From Acaryochloris marina MBIC11017 (GTDB lineage Bacteria; Cyanobacteriota; Cyanobacteriia; Thermosynechococcales; Thermosynechococcaceae), in contig NC_009925.1 in the NCBI RefSeq assembly GCF_000018105.1, positions 2,280,001-2,312,000 of the forward strand: a stretch of 32,000 bases of DNA, read 5' to 3'. Shown piece by piece: positions 7,327 through 16,795 of the stretch; within the stretch, counting starts at the first letter, position 1, and the number at the start of each line of letters is the position of its first letter. The notes under the pieces are model-generated. The model was given only the letters and a program-made list of their open reading frames with translations. It was not told the DNA's origin and did not search any database. Made by a program: the position numbers and the translations under genes.

Positions 7327-7900
7327 GCCTTGGTTCAGATAACGCCATCACTCCCAGAATACCCAAAAGAAGATCTCTTTTTAATACTAGGTAAAGAGAA
7401 CCGATTTTATCACTTTATCAAATATCAGAAATCACCTTAAGATCATCAGTATCTTCTATAGAGCGACTCACTTTCAGCCTCCTTTGCTATGCAATTTGAC
7501 TGATAGAACCCTATACAAGCCTTATTAACAAAACATAAAGAAAATTGAAAGATTCGAATTTTTATAATCAAGTATACTCACCCATTTTGACATCAATAGG
7601 CCGATTGAGTGTGGCCCAAATTCGCGGCAAAAACCTTACATGTTCTGCGCAAAGCTAAGATTCAGCAGAGGGTCTCCATCCAGTCCTGCAGTTCTCTAGG
7701 CCCAAATCGCGAAGTGGTATACCAGCAGATTCCTCCCTCCATCTCCTTGGGCCAGCCTGGTTGTAATGACCGTCCAAGTGCCAAGACACAGCTCTCATTA
7801 TTTCTGAGATCTTGCTTGAGAAGCATTAACAGTAGCACCATTCGGAAGCTCATCCACTAGAGTAGAGGTGGACGCCTTTGCTAATTGATTAGGGTAAGCT

Positions 7901-9967
7901 GTGGCTTACGAACCGCTGCATCATAAATATCGTCCCCAAGTCTTTGCAGATTTAGTGGGACAAGATGCGATCGCAACCACGTTAACCAATGCGATCGAGT
8001 TCGAGCGGATTGCCCCTGCCTATCTCTTTACCGGCCCTCGGGGGACAGGAAAAACCTCCAGTGCCCGCATCCTCGCCAAATCCCTCAACTGCCTCAATAG
8101 CCAGACACCAACCCAAACCCCCTGCGGGACCTGTTCTGTTTGCCAGGAAGTGGCCCTAGGCACTTCTCTTGATGTCATCGAAATTGATGCTGCCAGCAAT
8201 ACGGGCGTAGACAATATTCGCGACTTAATCGAACGGGCTCAATTTGCACCGGTTCAATGCCGATTTAAAATTTACTGCCTGGATGAAGTCCATATGCTCA
8301 GCACGGCAGCTTTTAATGCCTTGCTGAAAACATTAGAAGAGCCCCCAGATCGGGTGGTATTTATCCTCGCGACGACGGATCCCCAAAGAGTCTTACCCAC
8401 CATTATTTCTCGCTGCCAACGGTTTGACTTTCGGCGCATTGCCCTAGATCCGATGATTCAGCACCTCACCCATATTGCTGAACAGGAATCGATTGCCATT
8501 ACCCCGACGGCGGTAGAACTGATTGCCCAAGTCGCCCAAGGCGGGTTACGAGATGCAGAAAGTTTGCTCGATCAGCTCAGCTTACTGTCAGGGGAAATTG
8601 ATAATACTCAGGTCTGGGATTTAGTCGGCTCCGTCCCAGAACAGGCGCTCTTAGCCTTACTACAAGCCATTATTGAGCAACAGCCAGCATTGATGGTTGA
8701 GCGCACCCATGCCTTGCTCGATCGCGGTCGAGAACCGTTAACGGTTCTTCAGAATTTAGCGGGCTTTTATCGAGATTTACTGATCGCCAAAACGGCCCCT
8801 ACCCGCAGAGATTTAGTGGCCATCACGGCCCCGACTTGGACCGATTTGTGCCAGCTCGCTCAGCAGTTTGAGGTCGATGACATTCTGGCCAAGCAACAGC
8901 ACCTACGCAATTGTGAAACTCAAATCAAGAATTCTACTCAGCCTCGCTTATGGCTGGAAGTCTCACTTCTGGGTCTGTTGCCAGGGGCCACTCAGTCTAC
9001 GGATCCACAGCCGATCCTTATTCAGATCACATCCCAGCCCTTAGAAACTGCAACTCAGGCACCGGAGCCAGTATCAGCAGGACCTGCTCACCCCGTTCCC
9101 CCGTCGAAAGCCTCTGCCCCCACTCAACCATCTCCCGTTGTTGATACGCCCCAACCCGCTCCTCAAGGAAGTTTCCAGGCCCCTCCAGTCCCAGAGCCTC
9201 AAGTCATCCCCCAACCAGAAGCCCACTCTCCTGAAGCCGAGGACTTACCCAACCCTCTAGAAGACTTACCAGAGCCTTTAGAAGACTTACCTACACCTCT
9301 AGAAGAAACTCCCGACCCCCTGCCTAGTCTGCAGACAGACTCCATTCCACACCCAGCACTACCACAACCCGAACCGACGCCTGCTCCCCTCCCACCCCCT
9401 TCAGCCCCTCCTGCCCCTGTACAAGTTGATCTAACGGAGGTATGGCAGCAGCTTTTACAAAGCCTTAATTTGCCCAGTCGGGCTTTGCTAAAAGAACATG
9501 GCCAACTCCTCTATTGGCAGGGAAGAGAAGTCCGGATTGGGATTCGCAAAACCTTACTTAGACTGGCTCAAGGCAAAGTCCAAGAACTAGAAGAGACCTT
9601 CGAGAAGTGCTTTAATCGCAAAGTTAAAGTCACCTTAAAAGTCCTAACTGAAGAGCAAATGCGAGCCAAACCGGCCTCGCCATCCACGTCTTCTGCTCCA
9701 CCGTCTGTCTCTGCCCCATCTCCCGTCTCCGCTCCACCGCCCAATATCGCTGCACCTCAGCCAATCGCAACTCCTCCTGCTCCCATTCAGAATGGTCATG
9801 CAGCCCCACAAACTGCTCCACAAAAACCCTCTGAAGCTCCACCAACCTGGCAAAGTGAGGATGAAACCACATCCGCAGCCAAGAGTTTTGCCCAATTTTT
9901 TAACGGCGCTTTTGTGGATATTGATCCGAAAGAACCTGAGCAAACAGAAGCGGCTAAATCTAAATAA
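7901..9967 (+). CDS. dnaX: DNA polymerase III subunit gamma/tau
   Basis: GTG start giving MAYEPLHHKYRPQVFADLVGQ. Walker A is GPRGTGKTS, the Zn module is C..C..CGTCSVC, Walker B is CLDEVHML, and sensor 1 is ILATT. A long Pro-rich linker precedes a conserved C-terminal domain (LTEVWQQLL...). Confidence 0.95.
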   Translation: MAYEPLHHKYRPQVFADLVGQDAIATTLTNAIEFERIAPAYLFTGPRGTGKTSSARILAKSLNCLNSQTPTQTPCGTCSVCQEVALGTSLDVIEIDAASNTGVDNIRDLIERAQFAPVQCRFKIYCLDEVHMLSTAAFNALLKTLEEPPDRVVFILATTDPQRVLPTIISRCQRFDFRRIALDPMIQHLTHIAEQESIAITPTAVELIAQVAQGGLRDAESLLDQLSLLSGEIDNTQVWDLVGSVPEQALLALLQAIIEQQPALMVERTHALLDRGREPLTVLQNLAGFYRDLLIAKTAPTRRDLVAITAPTWTDLCQLAQQFEVDDILAKQQHLRNCETQIKNSTQPRLWLEVSLLGLLPGATQSTDPQPILIQITSQPLETATQAPEPVSAGPAHPVPPSKASAPTQPSPVVDTPQPAPQGSFQAPPVPEPQVIPQPEAHSPEAEDLPNPLEDLPEPLEDLPTPLEETPDPLPSLQTDSIPHPALPQPEPTPAPLPPPSAPPAPVQVDLTEVWQQLLQSLNLPSRALLKEHGQLLYWQGREVRIGIRKTLLRLAQGKVQELEETFEKCFNRKVKVTLKVLTEEQMRAKPASPSTSSAPPSVSAPSPVSAPPPNIAAPQPIATPPAPIQNGHAAPQTAPQKPSEAPPTWQSEDETTSAAKSFAQFFNGAFVDIDPKEPEQTEAAKSK
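9239..9322 (+). repeat. four tandem 21-nt (7-codon) repeats inside the dnaX linker
   Basis: In-frame units at 9239, 9260, 9281 and 9302 encode EDLPNPL, EDLPEPL, EDLPTPL and EETPDPL. Confidence 0.85.
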
Positions 9968-9973
9968 CCGATG

Positions 9974-11455
9974 CTAATCCGTTTGGGGGACCCATACAGA
10001 GACGGAGCCAGCCTTACAGGCAAATTCAGCCCAACCCTCGGCATTGGTCGTGATCGATTCAGAAATATGTTCTGTCACATCCCGATAGGTTTGGTGGGGG
10101 TGCCCCATTTCCATCCATTTGCAGCCCTGATCGCCATTGCTAAGGATGACGGCCATTCCCCCCGGATGCTCATCCGTGCCTAAGCGGGTCCAGCCCACAC
10201 AGTTGGCATGATCAAAATAGTCGTACTGATCGCCATAGGCATAGGTCCGTCGAGCTCCCAGGAACTTATCGATTAACCATTGATGACTGTCCAACCAAAT
10301 TTCATACTCATTACCATCACGGCCTTTGTCCTTGTAGTGAGCCCCATAATAGTCTGCATAGAAAATACAGGGATATCCATCTCGACGTAACAAAATCAAG
10401 GCATAGGCCAAGGGCTTAAACCAAGACTCCACCACAGACTCTAACGCCTGCAAGGGCTGAGAATCATGATTTTCAACCAGGGTGACGGCTAAGGCAGGCT
10501 GCTCTTTCACCAACGTGTCATCAAAAATTTGGCGGAGGTCAAAGTCACACCCTTTCGTACTCGCCACCGTAAAGTTGTAGTGTAACGGGGCATCAAACAG
10601 CATGACATCGCCCCCAGTTACCTTGACAAAGTGGTGCAGGGCTTCAATTTCATCAGACCAATATTCCCCTACTGCAAACAGGCGTTTCTGGGAGTGCTGC
10701 CGACAATGGTTCAGCCACTCAGGGAAAAAATCTGCTTTGACATGCTTGACGGCGTCAAAACGGAACCCATTCACTTGCGTGGTCTCCACGAACCACTTTC
10801 CCCAAGCTTTGAGGGCGTCCTGAACTTCGGGATGTTCCATGTCTAGGTCACATCCCATCAGATAATCATAGACTCCCTTTTCTAAGTCAACATTACTATC
10901 AAATTTTTTGTCCTTAAAGAGATAGACCGCCTGCTGGTCACCGTTATAGGCGTTGTAATCCACCGCATCAAAGTGCCACCAATGCCACTCTAGATCTGAA
11001 TACTTGCCTTGACGGCCTGGGAACGTGAAATGGGTCCAGACTTTGACGGTTTGAGTGTCACCAATGGGCTGGTGACGATTATCAGGATTCATAGGGCGAG
11101 CCTGGGCTTCTTCTTCGGCGTCCGCGCCCATCTTGTGATTCAGCACTACATCAGCATAGACATGAATACCAACTGTTTGAGCGACCTTAATCGCCGATAT
11201 ATATTCATCTTTAGTGCCATATTTGGTGCGAATAGACCCTTTTTGGTCGAATTCACCCAAGTCATACATGTCATAAACACCATAGCCCACGTCATATCCT
11301 CCTGCTAGCCCCTTATAGGCAGGCGGTAGCCACACAGCGGTGATACCCACATTCGCTAGATCGGCAGCTTTTGTCTTCAGTTCACTCCACAAACTGCCAT
11401 CAGCGGCGTTGTACCAATGAAAGAACTGCATCATTACGCCGTTGGGCTCAGACAT
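9974..11455 (-). CDS. cytoplasmic alpha-amylase, glycoside hydrolase family 13
   Basis: 493 aa with no signal peptide. Contains VMMQFFHWY...ITAVWLPPAYKG, DVVLNHK, GFRFDAVKH, FAVGEYW, and TLVENHDSQP (GH13 conserved regions I-IV). This resembles the E. coli AmyA / Bacillus liquefying-amylase type. Confidence 0.93.
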   Translation of the reverse strand: MSEPNGVMMQFFHWYNAADGSLWSELKTKAADLANVGITAVWLPPAYKGLAGGYDVGYGVYDMYDLGEFDQKGSIRTKYGTKDEYISAIKVAQTVGIHVYADVVLNHKMGADAEEEAQARPMNPDNRHQPIGDTQTVKVWTHFTFPGRQGKYSDLEWHWWHFDAVDYNAYNGDQQAVYLFKDKKFDSNVDLEKGVYDYLMGCDLDMEHPEVQDALKAWGKWFVETTQVNGFRFDAVKHVKADFFPEWLNHCRQHSQKRLFAVGEYWSDEIEALHHFVKVTGGDVMLFDAPLHYNFTVASTKGCDFDLRQIFDDTLVKEQPALAVTLVENHDSQPLQALESVVESWFKPLAYALILLRRDGYPCIFYADYYGAHYKDKGRDGNEYEIWLDSHQWLIDKFLGARRTYAYGDQYDYFDHANCVGWTRLGTDEHPGGMAVILSNGDQGCKWMEMGHPHQTYRDVTEHISESITTNAEGWAEFACKAGSVSVWVPQTD

Positions 11456-11664
11456 ACATGACCTCTACTTGGAAAGATAGGGATTTCAATTTTATTCGTT
11501 AGGGATAAATTGGTGGGATTTTTTGGATTAAGGCTATATAGATTCGCCATTAAAACATCCCTATCCAGGTATGGATGCCCCACTAATTGGCCTGTGATCA
11601 ATTGAGCAAATTCTCGTCAAAACTTGATGCAATATATCTTGAACCAAGGCCGATTCGTTGTGTT

Positions 11665-13050
11665 CTATTGACGATAAGCAATATATTTTAAACCCGTTTG
11701 CAAAGGATTACCGTTCTCAAGAATCGTGATTTCAGCGGTATTATCATTAATCCATCTCACAGTGCTTCGGGTGGTCGGCAAGGTGGAAGATTGCTCCAGC
11801 AAAATGCCATCGGCGTACTCCCAGGTACCGGAATATTCTTGTGAAAAGCCATTGGTAAAGGTGATGCGGTTGCGCCAAGTCCCATCCTGTTTATAGTGGG
11901 TGATGCCTGTAAAAGGTGGCACAACATTCAGTAATTCAGCTTTCCAGGTACCCACAACAGCAGAAGAAGTTTGCTTAGACCGATCTGAGGCCGATGGAGT
12001 GGTGGGTTCAGGCTCATCATCCAGCCTAGGGCTAGCTCCGCCGACGGGGATTGGCGCATTGGGCTGTCCGGGCCGAAATAACAACAAACCGCCGATGCCG
12101 ACTAGTGCGATCGCACCTACAAATCCCTTCCATCCTCGAAGAAAAGTCGGCACGCTCATGGATCCCTGACTGTGAGGCTGCTGAATGGTGGGTGTTTGAG
12201 AACGAGAGGCCATCTGCGTAGGAGAAACTGTAGCGGAATCCCTCTGCAGAGCAGCTAACATCTCCTGAGCTGAAGAGAAGCGCTCTCGCGGATGATAACG
12301 CGTGGCTTGGTCGAGGACGTCTGCTAAAACACCGTCAATCCCAGGGACATGCTGACGCCATAGCAGCTCTCCAGTACAAGGATCGCTACCCAAGTGTGTG
12401 GGCAATCTCCCCGTCAACAGAACCATCATCGACAACCCAAGGCTATATAAATCACTGGAAAAGACGGGTCGCCCTGCCGCTTGTTCAGCTGGCATATAGC
12501 CCGGGGTGCCAATTACAATCGAGGTCGTGGTTTGTCCCTGGGAGTTGATCTGAGTCCCCATCACTTCTTTAACCGCCCCAAAGTCAATCAAGACAGGCTT
12601 GCCATCCCGATGTCGCCAGATGATATTATCGGGCTTTAGATCTCGATGAATGATGCCTTGGCTATGGATGTATTCCAGCACTGGCAGGGTCTGCTGTAAA
12701 ACATCCATAATCACACTGGCATTCACGGGTTGCTGCCATTGGGCTAACGTGTGGCCATTCACCCATTCTTGAGTGAGGTAAAAGTACCCGCCATCTTGGA
12801 AATAGCTATAGAGTTCAGGGATTTGGGGATTTTCATCACCTAGTTTTTCTAAGCAAGCAGCTTCTTGGCGGAATCGGTCTTGAACGATTTGATAAACCTG
12901 AGGATCTTGGGTGACGGGTTTGAGTTGTTTAATCACGCAGCGTCGGCGAGAAGGACGATGGGTATCTTCTGCCAAATAGGTAATGCCAAACCCTCCCTCT
13001 TCCAATGGCTTAATGATTTGGTATTGATCTTTAATCAACGTCATATCCAT
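11665..13050 (-). CDS. membrane-anchored Ser/Thr protein kinase with an extracytoplasmic C-terminal domain
   Basis: Hanks kinase motifs are present: GGFGITYLA, VIKQLK, HRDLKPDNI, DFG, and GTPGYMPAEQ. One transmembrane segment (GFVGAIALVGIGGLLLF) is followed by a Pro-rich linker and a roughly 100-aa domain containing three GTW motifs. Confidence 0.93.
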   Translation of the reverse strand: MDMTLIKDQYQIIKPLEEGGFGITYLAEDTHRPSRRRCVIKQLKPVTQDPQVYQIVQDRFRQEAACLEKLGDENPQIPELYSYFQDGGYFYLTQEWVNGHTLAQWQQPVNASVIMDVLQQTLPVLEYIHSQGIIHRDLKPDNIIWRHRDGKPVLIDFGAVKEVMGTQINSQGQTTTSIVIGTPGYMPAEQAAGRPVFSSDLYSLGLSMMVLLTGRLPTHLGSDPCTGELLWRQHVPGIDGVLADVLDQATRYHPRERFSSAQEMLAALQRDSATVSPTQMASRSQTPTIQQPHSQGSMSVPTFLRGWKGFVGAIALVGIGGLLLFRPGQPNAPIPVGGASPRLDDEPEPTTPSASDRSKQTSSAVVGTWKAELLNVVPPFTGITHYKQDGTWRNRITFTNGFSQEYSGTWEYADGILLEQSSTLPTTRSTVRWINDNTAEITILENGNPLQTGLKYIAYRQ

Positions 13051-13160
13051 AACTTCACCTTGGACAGTGACAGAAAGCTGTTGATCGTGGGTATAGCGTC
13101 ATACCCTACTCCCAGATATTAGCAAAGCTCAAAAAGCCAGATCATGGCGAACAAAGCATC

Positions 13161-13194
13161 AAAAAACCACCAAAAGTTGATGCTTTTGGTGGTT
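13161..13194 (-). terminator. rho-independent terminator of acsF
   Basis: A perfect 12-bp stem, AACCACCAAAAG (13165-13176) with CTTTTGGTGGTT (13183-13194), encloses a 6-nt loop. It is followed on the minus strand by TTTT (13161-13164). It lies 26 nt downstream of the acsF stop. Confidence 0.8.
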
Positions 13195-13219
13195 AGTAAG
13201 GTTAGGTTATTGATTGAAG

Positions 13220-14296
13220 CTAACGGACGGTCCCTTCTAGCTGCTCTGTAGGAATGGGCTTCATTAGATATAAGCGCAAGAAGTTGAAGCCATTGGAAAG
13301 GAAGATAGGTAGCTTCCGGATCGTTTTGATGAACTCAGGTTGTTCAGCTGCATCAATGGCCCGTAGCTTCACGCAATTGTCCACGCACTCTTCCAAATGG
13401 CCGTAGAAGCTAGGATGCTCGACATTCAAGACCAACGGAAAGACACGACCCGCACTGTCATTGGTTTTCTTAATCACGTGCTTGTCATACTCACGGGCAT
13501 CTAGGCCAATGGTGGCGTAGAAACCAGAGCGCTGCAAGTCATTGAGATACATGGTGACGAAGACAGACAGCAAGAAGAATCGTGCCCAGAGTCTGGCTTT
13601 CCAATCGTTGAGCAGTTGAGGCTGAGACCGCATCAAGGCATCAAAGAAATCACCATGACGGTTCTCGTCTTGGCACCAATTCTCGAAAAATTCGAAAATA
13701 GGATAGACACAATCGTCTGGATTCGCAGCCAAGTGACGATAGATGGTGATATAGCGCCAGTAACCAATCTTTTCAGAGAGGTAGGTAGCATAAAAGATAA
13801 ATTTAGGCTTGAAGAAGGTATAGCTACGGCTCTTGGTCAAAAAGCCCAAGTCCAAGGACAGTTTGAAGTCCGTCATGGCTTTGTTAAGGAAGCCAGCGTG
13901 ACGAGCTTCATCCCGAGACATTAGGTTAAACCCTTCAGCCAACAGCGGGTTAATGGTCTTGAGACGACGACCTAATTCTTTGTAGAGGAGGAAGCCAGAA
14001 AACTCTGCAGTACAAGACCGCTCTAGAAACTCGATGAACAAGCGCCGAGTTTCACCATCAATGTGATCCCAAGACTTGTCGAAGCGCTCATCACGGACAA
14101 AGTGCTTTTGATTATAGTCAGCCTTGAACTCGGCAATGATGGCTCGAATCTCATCTTCATTGACGCTGAGATCCATCTTGGCCATCTCGTCAAAATCAGT
14201 GGTGTAGAAACGAGGGGTAAGAACCGTTTCTTTGGCGGGAACTTTAATCCCGTCACGCAGTTCTTGGGGTTCTGGCTTTTTGAGGGTATCTACCAT
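13220..14296 (-). CDS. acsF: Mg-protoporphyrin IX monomethyl ester (oxidative) cyclase
   Basis: Di-iron carboxylate protein with [14 protein letters not shown], the EFSGF...E..H and E..H motifs, and [22 protein letters not shown] place the start at the ATG at 14296 (MVDTLKKP, 358 aa, Shine-Dalgarno GAGG upstream). The tracked start at 14338 adds 14 residues. Confidence 0.95.
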   Translation of the reverse strand: MVDTLKKPEPQELRDGIKVPAKETVLTPRFYTTDFDEMAKMDLSVNEDEIRAIIAEFKADYNQKHFVRDERFDKSWDHIDGETRRLFIEFLERSCTAEFSGFLLYKELGRRLKTINPLLAEGFNLMSRDEARHAGFLNKAMTDFKLSLDLGFLTKSRSYTFFKPKFIFYATYLSEKIGYWRYITIYRHLAANPDDCVYPIFEFFENWCQDENRHGDFFDALMRSQPQLLNDWKARLWARFFLLSVFVTMYLNDLQRSGFYATIGLDAREYDKHVIKKTNDSAGRVFPLVLNVEHPSFYGHLEECVDNCVKLRAIDAAEQPEFIKTIRKLPIFLSNGFNFLRLYLMKPIPTEQLEGTVR

Positions 14297-14574
14297 GGGT
14301 GCCTCAATGACTATAATTTGAACAAATTTATCCCACAACAGAAGGGGGGAAACCCTTTGAGCAACAAAGCTGCAATTGTTAAGAAACCACTATCGTAGCA
14401 GTTATTACTTTCAACTTAAATGCTAGCTCTGTAAGCAATATTACCTGAATGCCCGGTTGATGCAGGGCGCTAAGTCACCAAGCGTTACATTTCGCAAAGA
14501 GACTCGTTACATTTTGAAAAATATTATGAAGGACTGCTCCGAGTGTTGAACTACCTGCTGCAAGAGGGGCTGTA

Positions 14575-15759
14575 ATGGCTGCGTATGATTGGATCGAGTC
14601 AGCGTTAGCCACAGTTCACAAAGCGAATTGGTATCGCTCGGTCAAAACCATGAGCAGCCCAGGTCCAACGGCTGTACTCAATGGACAAACAGTGATCAAT
14701 TTTGCCAGTAATGATTATCTCGGTTTAGCCGGGGATTCAAGGCTAGCTGAAGCTGCGATTGCAGCTATCAATACCTATGGAACCGGCAGTACAGGGTCGC
14801 GGTTGCTCAGCGGTCATCGAATGATTCATGAGCAGTTGGAGCGTGCGATCGCAACCTGGAAACAGACGGAAACGGCTATTGTCTACAGCTCTGGCTATCT
14901 CGCCAATATCGGTACGATTACGGCCCTCGTCAATAAACGGGATTTAATTCTGGCGGATGCCTACAACCATGCCAGCCTTAAGAATGGGGCGCGGTTGAGT
15001 GGAGCCACCATCCATGAATTTGGTCATGCAAATGTCACAGAACTACAAACCCTACTAGAAACTCATCGTTCTCACCATCGCCGTTGCCTTTTGGTCACCG
15101 ATAGCGTCTTTAGTATGGATGGTGATCTATGCCCGCTGCCAGAACTGATTGCCCTGGCTGAACAGTATGACTGCATGCTTTTGATTGACGAAGCTCACGG
15201 GACTGGGGTTTTAGGAAAAACGGGAGCAGGCTGTGTGGAACATTTTGGCTGTCGCGATGCGGAGCTGATTCAAATGGGGACGCTCAGTAAAGCTCTCGGC
15301 AGTTTAGGGGGCTATGTGGCGGGTTCCGCTAGTTTGATTGATTATCTCCGCAATCGATCTTCAAGCTGGATTTATACGACGGGACTATCTCCTGCGGATA
15401 CGGCGGCGGCGCTAGCGGCAGTGGAAATTATTCGGGAGGGAAGTGAGTTGCGATCTCAACTTTGGCAACGGGTCACTCAACTCAAGCAAGCCTTAACCAC
15501 CCACCTGGCCCCTGAAGACGAACATCAAACCATGCAGCTCTTACCCTCAGAGTCACCGATTCTCTGTGTGCAAATGCCTACACCTGCAGCCGTTTTGACG
15601 GCCAGCCAGCAACTTCTTGACCAAGGAATTTTTGCCCCAGCCATCCGCCCACCCACTGTTCCTACTAGCCGAATTCGGATTTCGATAATGGCCACTCATC
15701 AAGCTGTACAAATTGATCAGCTTATTGTTGCCTTAAGCGAGGTAGCTCAGGGCAGTTGA
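14575..15759 (+). CDS. bioF: 8-amino-7-oxononanoate synthase
   Basis: 394-aa class-II PLP aminotransferase fold. Contains [30 protein letters not shown], and the GTLSKALG lysine motif. The layout is typical of BioF/KBL and is consistent with cyanobacterial BioF. Confidence 0.9.
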   Translation: MAAYDWIESALATVHKANWYRSVKTMSSPGPTAVLNGQTVINFASNDYLGLAGDSRLAEAAIAAINTYGTGSTGSRLLSGHRMIHEQLERAIATWKQTETAIVYSSGYLANIGTITALVNKRDLILADAYNHASLKNGARLSGATIHEFGHANVTELQTLLETHRSHHRRCLLVTDSVFSMDGDLCPLPELIALAEQYDCMLLIDEAHGTGVLGKTGAGCVEHFGCRDAELIQMGTLSKALGSLGGYVAGSASLIDYLRNRSSSWIYTTGLSPADTAAALAAVEIIREGSELRSQLWQRVTQLKQALTTHLAPEDEHQTMQLLPSESPILCVQMPTPAAVLTASQQLLDQGIFAPAIRPPTVPTSRIRISIMATHQAVQIDQLIVALSEVAQGS

Positions 15760-15815
15760 GAACTTTCATACGCAGGCTTACTGATATTTTGAGTGAGATA
15801 ATTTGCGTATTCTGC

Positions 15816-16304
15816 TTACAATTCATGATCACTAGGATCTGCCTCAGGACGCTTGGCGAGTTTTTTGACAAATTTCATCTCTCCTTCGAAATCACCATCT
15901 GACTCAACGCCAACGGGAATCCAATTAAGATGTAGATAGAAACCATAGGCTCTGAAACTTTGGTTATTACCTGTGACTAACCAAATCTCTTCAATCTCCT
16001 TTGACCAAAACCAAGTTTCAGTAACCTGCATTAGAGCACGTCCTGCTCCCCGCCCTTCAAAAGCCGGGAGGACAAAAATGCCAAATATTGTTTTTTCTGT
16101 AGCACTGGCAATGGAGAAGCCAATCGCTTGATCATCAATCTCAGCGATCCATGCACGACAGTCCGTCTCTAACATTTTGGTAACGGACTTTGACGTAATG
16201 CCCAGTTCAGCAATCTCTTCTCGGGATTGATAATTTTCGACAACGCTAGTTCGAATCTCAAACAGCGTCTCGACATCCTGCGGTTGAGCAATGCGGATAT
16301 TCAT
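15816..16304 (-). CDS. GNAT-family N-acetyltransferase
   Basis: 162 aa. The acetyl-CoA-binding motif A is present (FVLPAFEGRGAGRALM). The length and secondary-structure pattern are typical of GNAT proteins. Confidence 0.85.
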   Translation of the reverse strand: MNIRIAQPQDVETLFEIRTSVVENYQSREEIAELGITSKSVTKMLETDCRAWIAEIDDQAIGFSIASATEKTIFGIFVLPAFEGRGAGRALMQVTETWFWSKEIEEIWLVTGNNQSFRAYGFYLHLNWIPVGVESDGDFEGEMKFVKKLAKRPEADPSDHEL

Positions 16305-16403
16305 GTTGTCTTTCCAGGCTCTTACTTTCTAGTGCCGAAATCTACTTATCCAAATGGACCGCTCAACTAAACAACTTGGCTCTTTGCTCAGTACAGGACA
16401 ATT

Positions 16404-16790
16404 CTATGCCCTGGCATCACCCATATGGTCTGAGATCACAACCAAGTAACCATCCGGATCGCGGAACCAAATTTCGTGCTGTTGGGCATTGGGGTTGATA
16501 TGGGGTTCGGTGACAATTTCTGGGCTGAGGGCTCGAACCTTAACAACACTGGCGTCAAAATCATCCGTGCGAAACCATAAAATCATCCCATTCCCAGACG
16601 GTATCTCAGGATTCCACATCCCAGGATGCTCATGCACATCCTGGCGATGCAGTTGCAGCAGCAATTTCCCGTCAACCGTCAGCATTTCATATTCATCGCC
16701 CCCATGAGCGCTTTCACAACCCAAGAGGTTTTGATAAAACTGGCTACTTGCGACAACATCGTTAACGGTAATGAGTGGCTCTATTTTCAT
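16404..16790 (-). CDS. VOC (glyoxalase / bleomycin-resistance / dioxygenase) family protein
   Basis: 128 aa. The N-terminus is V.DV.AS.QFYQNLLG and the C-terminus is FRDPDGYLVVI, both typical of a single VOC module. Its start lies 5 nt after the upstream ABC ATPase stop. Confidence 0.82.
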   Translation of the reverse strand: MKIEPLITVNDVVASSQFYQNLLGCESAHGGDEYEMLTVDGKLLLQLHRQDVHEHPGMWNPEIPSGNGMILWFRTDDFDASVVKVRALSPEIVTEPHINPNAQQHEIWFRDPDGYLVVISDHMGDARA

Positions 16791-16795
16791 GGCTA

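Noticed and set aside
7327-7900. SRP (4.5S/ffs) RNA, which lies immediately upstream of dnaX in many bacteria. RNase P RNA and 6S RNA were also considered.
   Set aside because: Neither strand has the SRP domain IV motif (GGAA tetraloop flanked by AGGAAGCAGC-like sequence) or the RNase P GAGGAAAGTCC motif. The region is kept only as an unexplained leader in the findings.
3259-7966. Absence of HIP1 sites across the accessory stretch as proof of horizontal acquisition.
   Set aside because: With a mean spacing of about 2.3 kb, a 4.7-kb gap is not statistically unusual. A 4.1-kb gap also occurs across the core genes dnaX and amylase.
14395-14408. GTAGCAGTTATTAC matches the NtcA consensus GTA-N8-TAC in the acsF/bioF divergent promoter region.
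   Set aside because: The pattern is expected about 8 times by chance in 32 kb. No TAN3T -10 box sits about 22 nt away on either strand.
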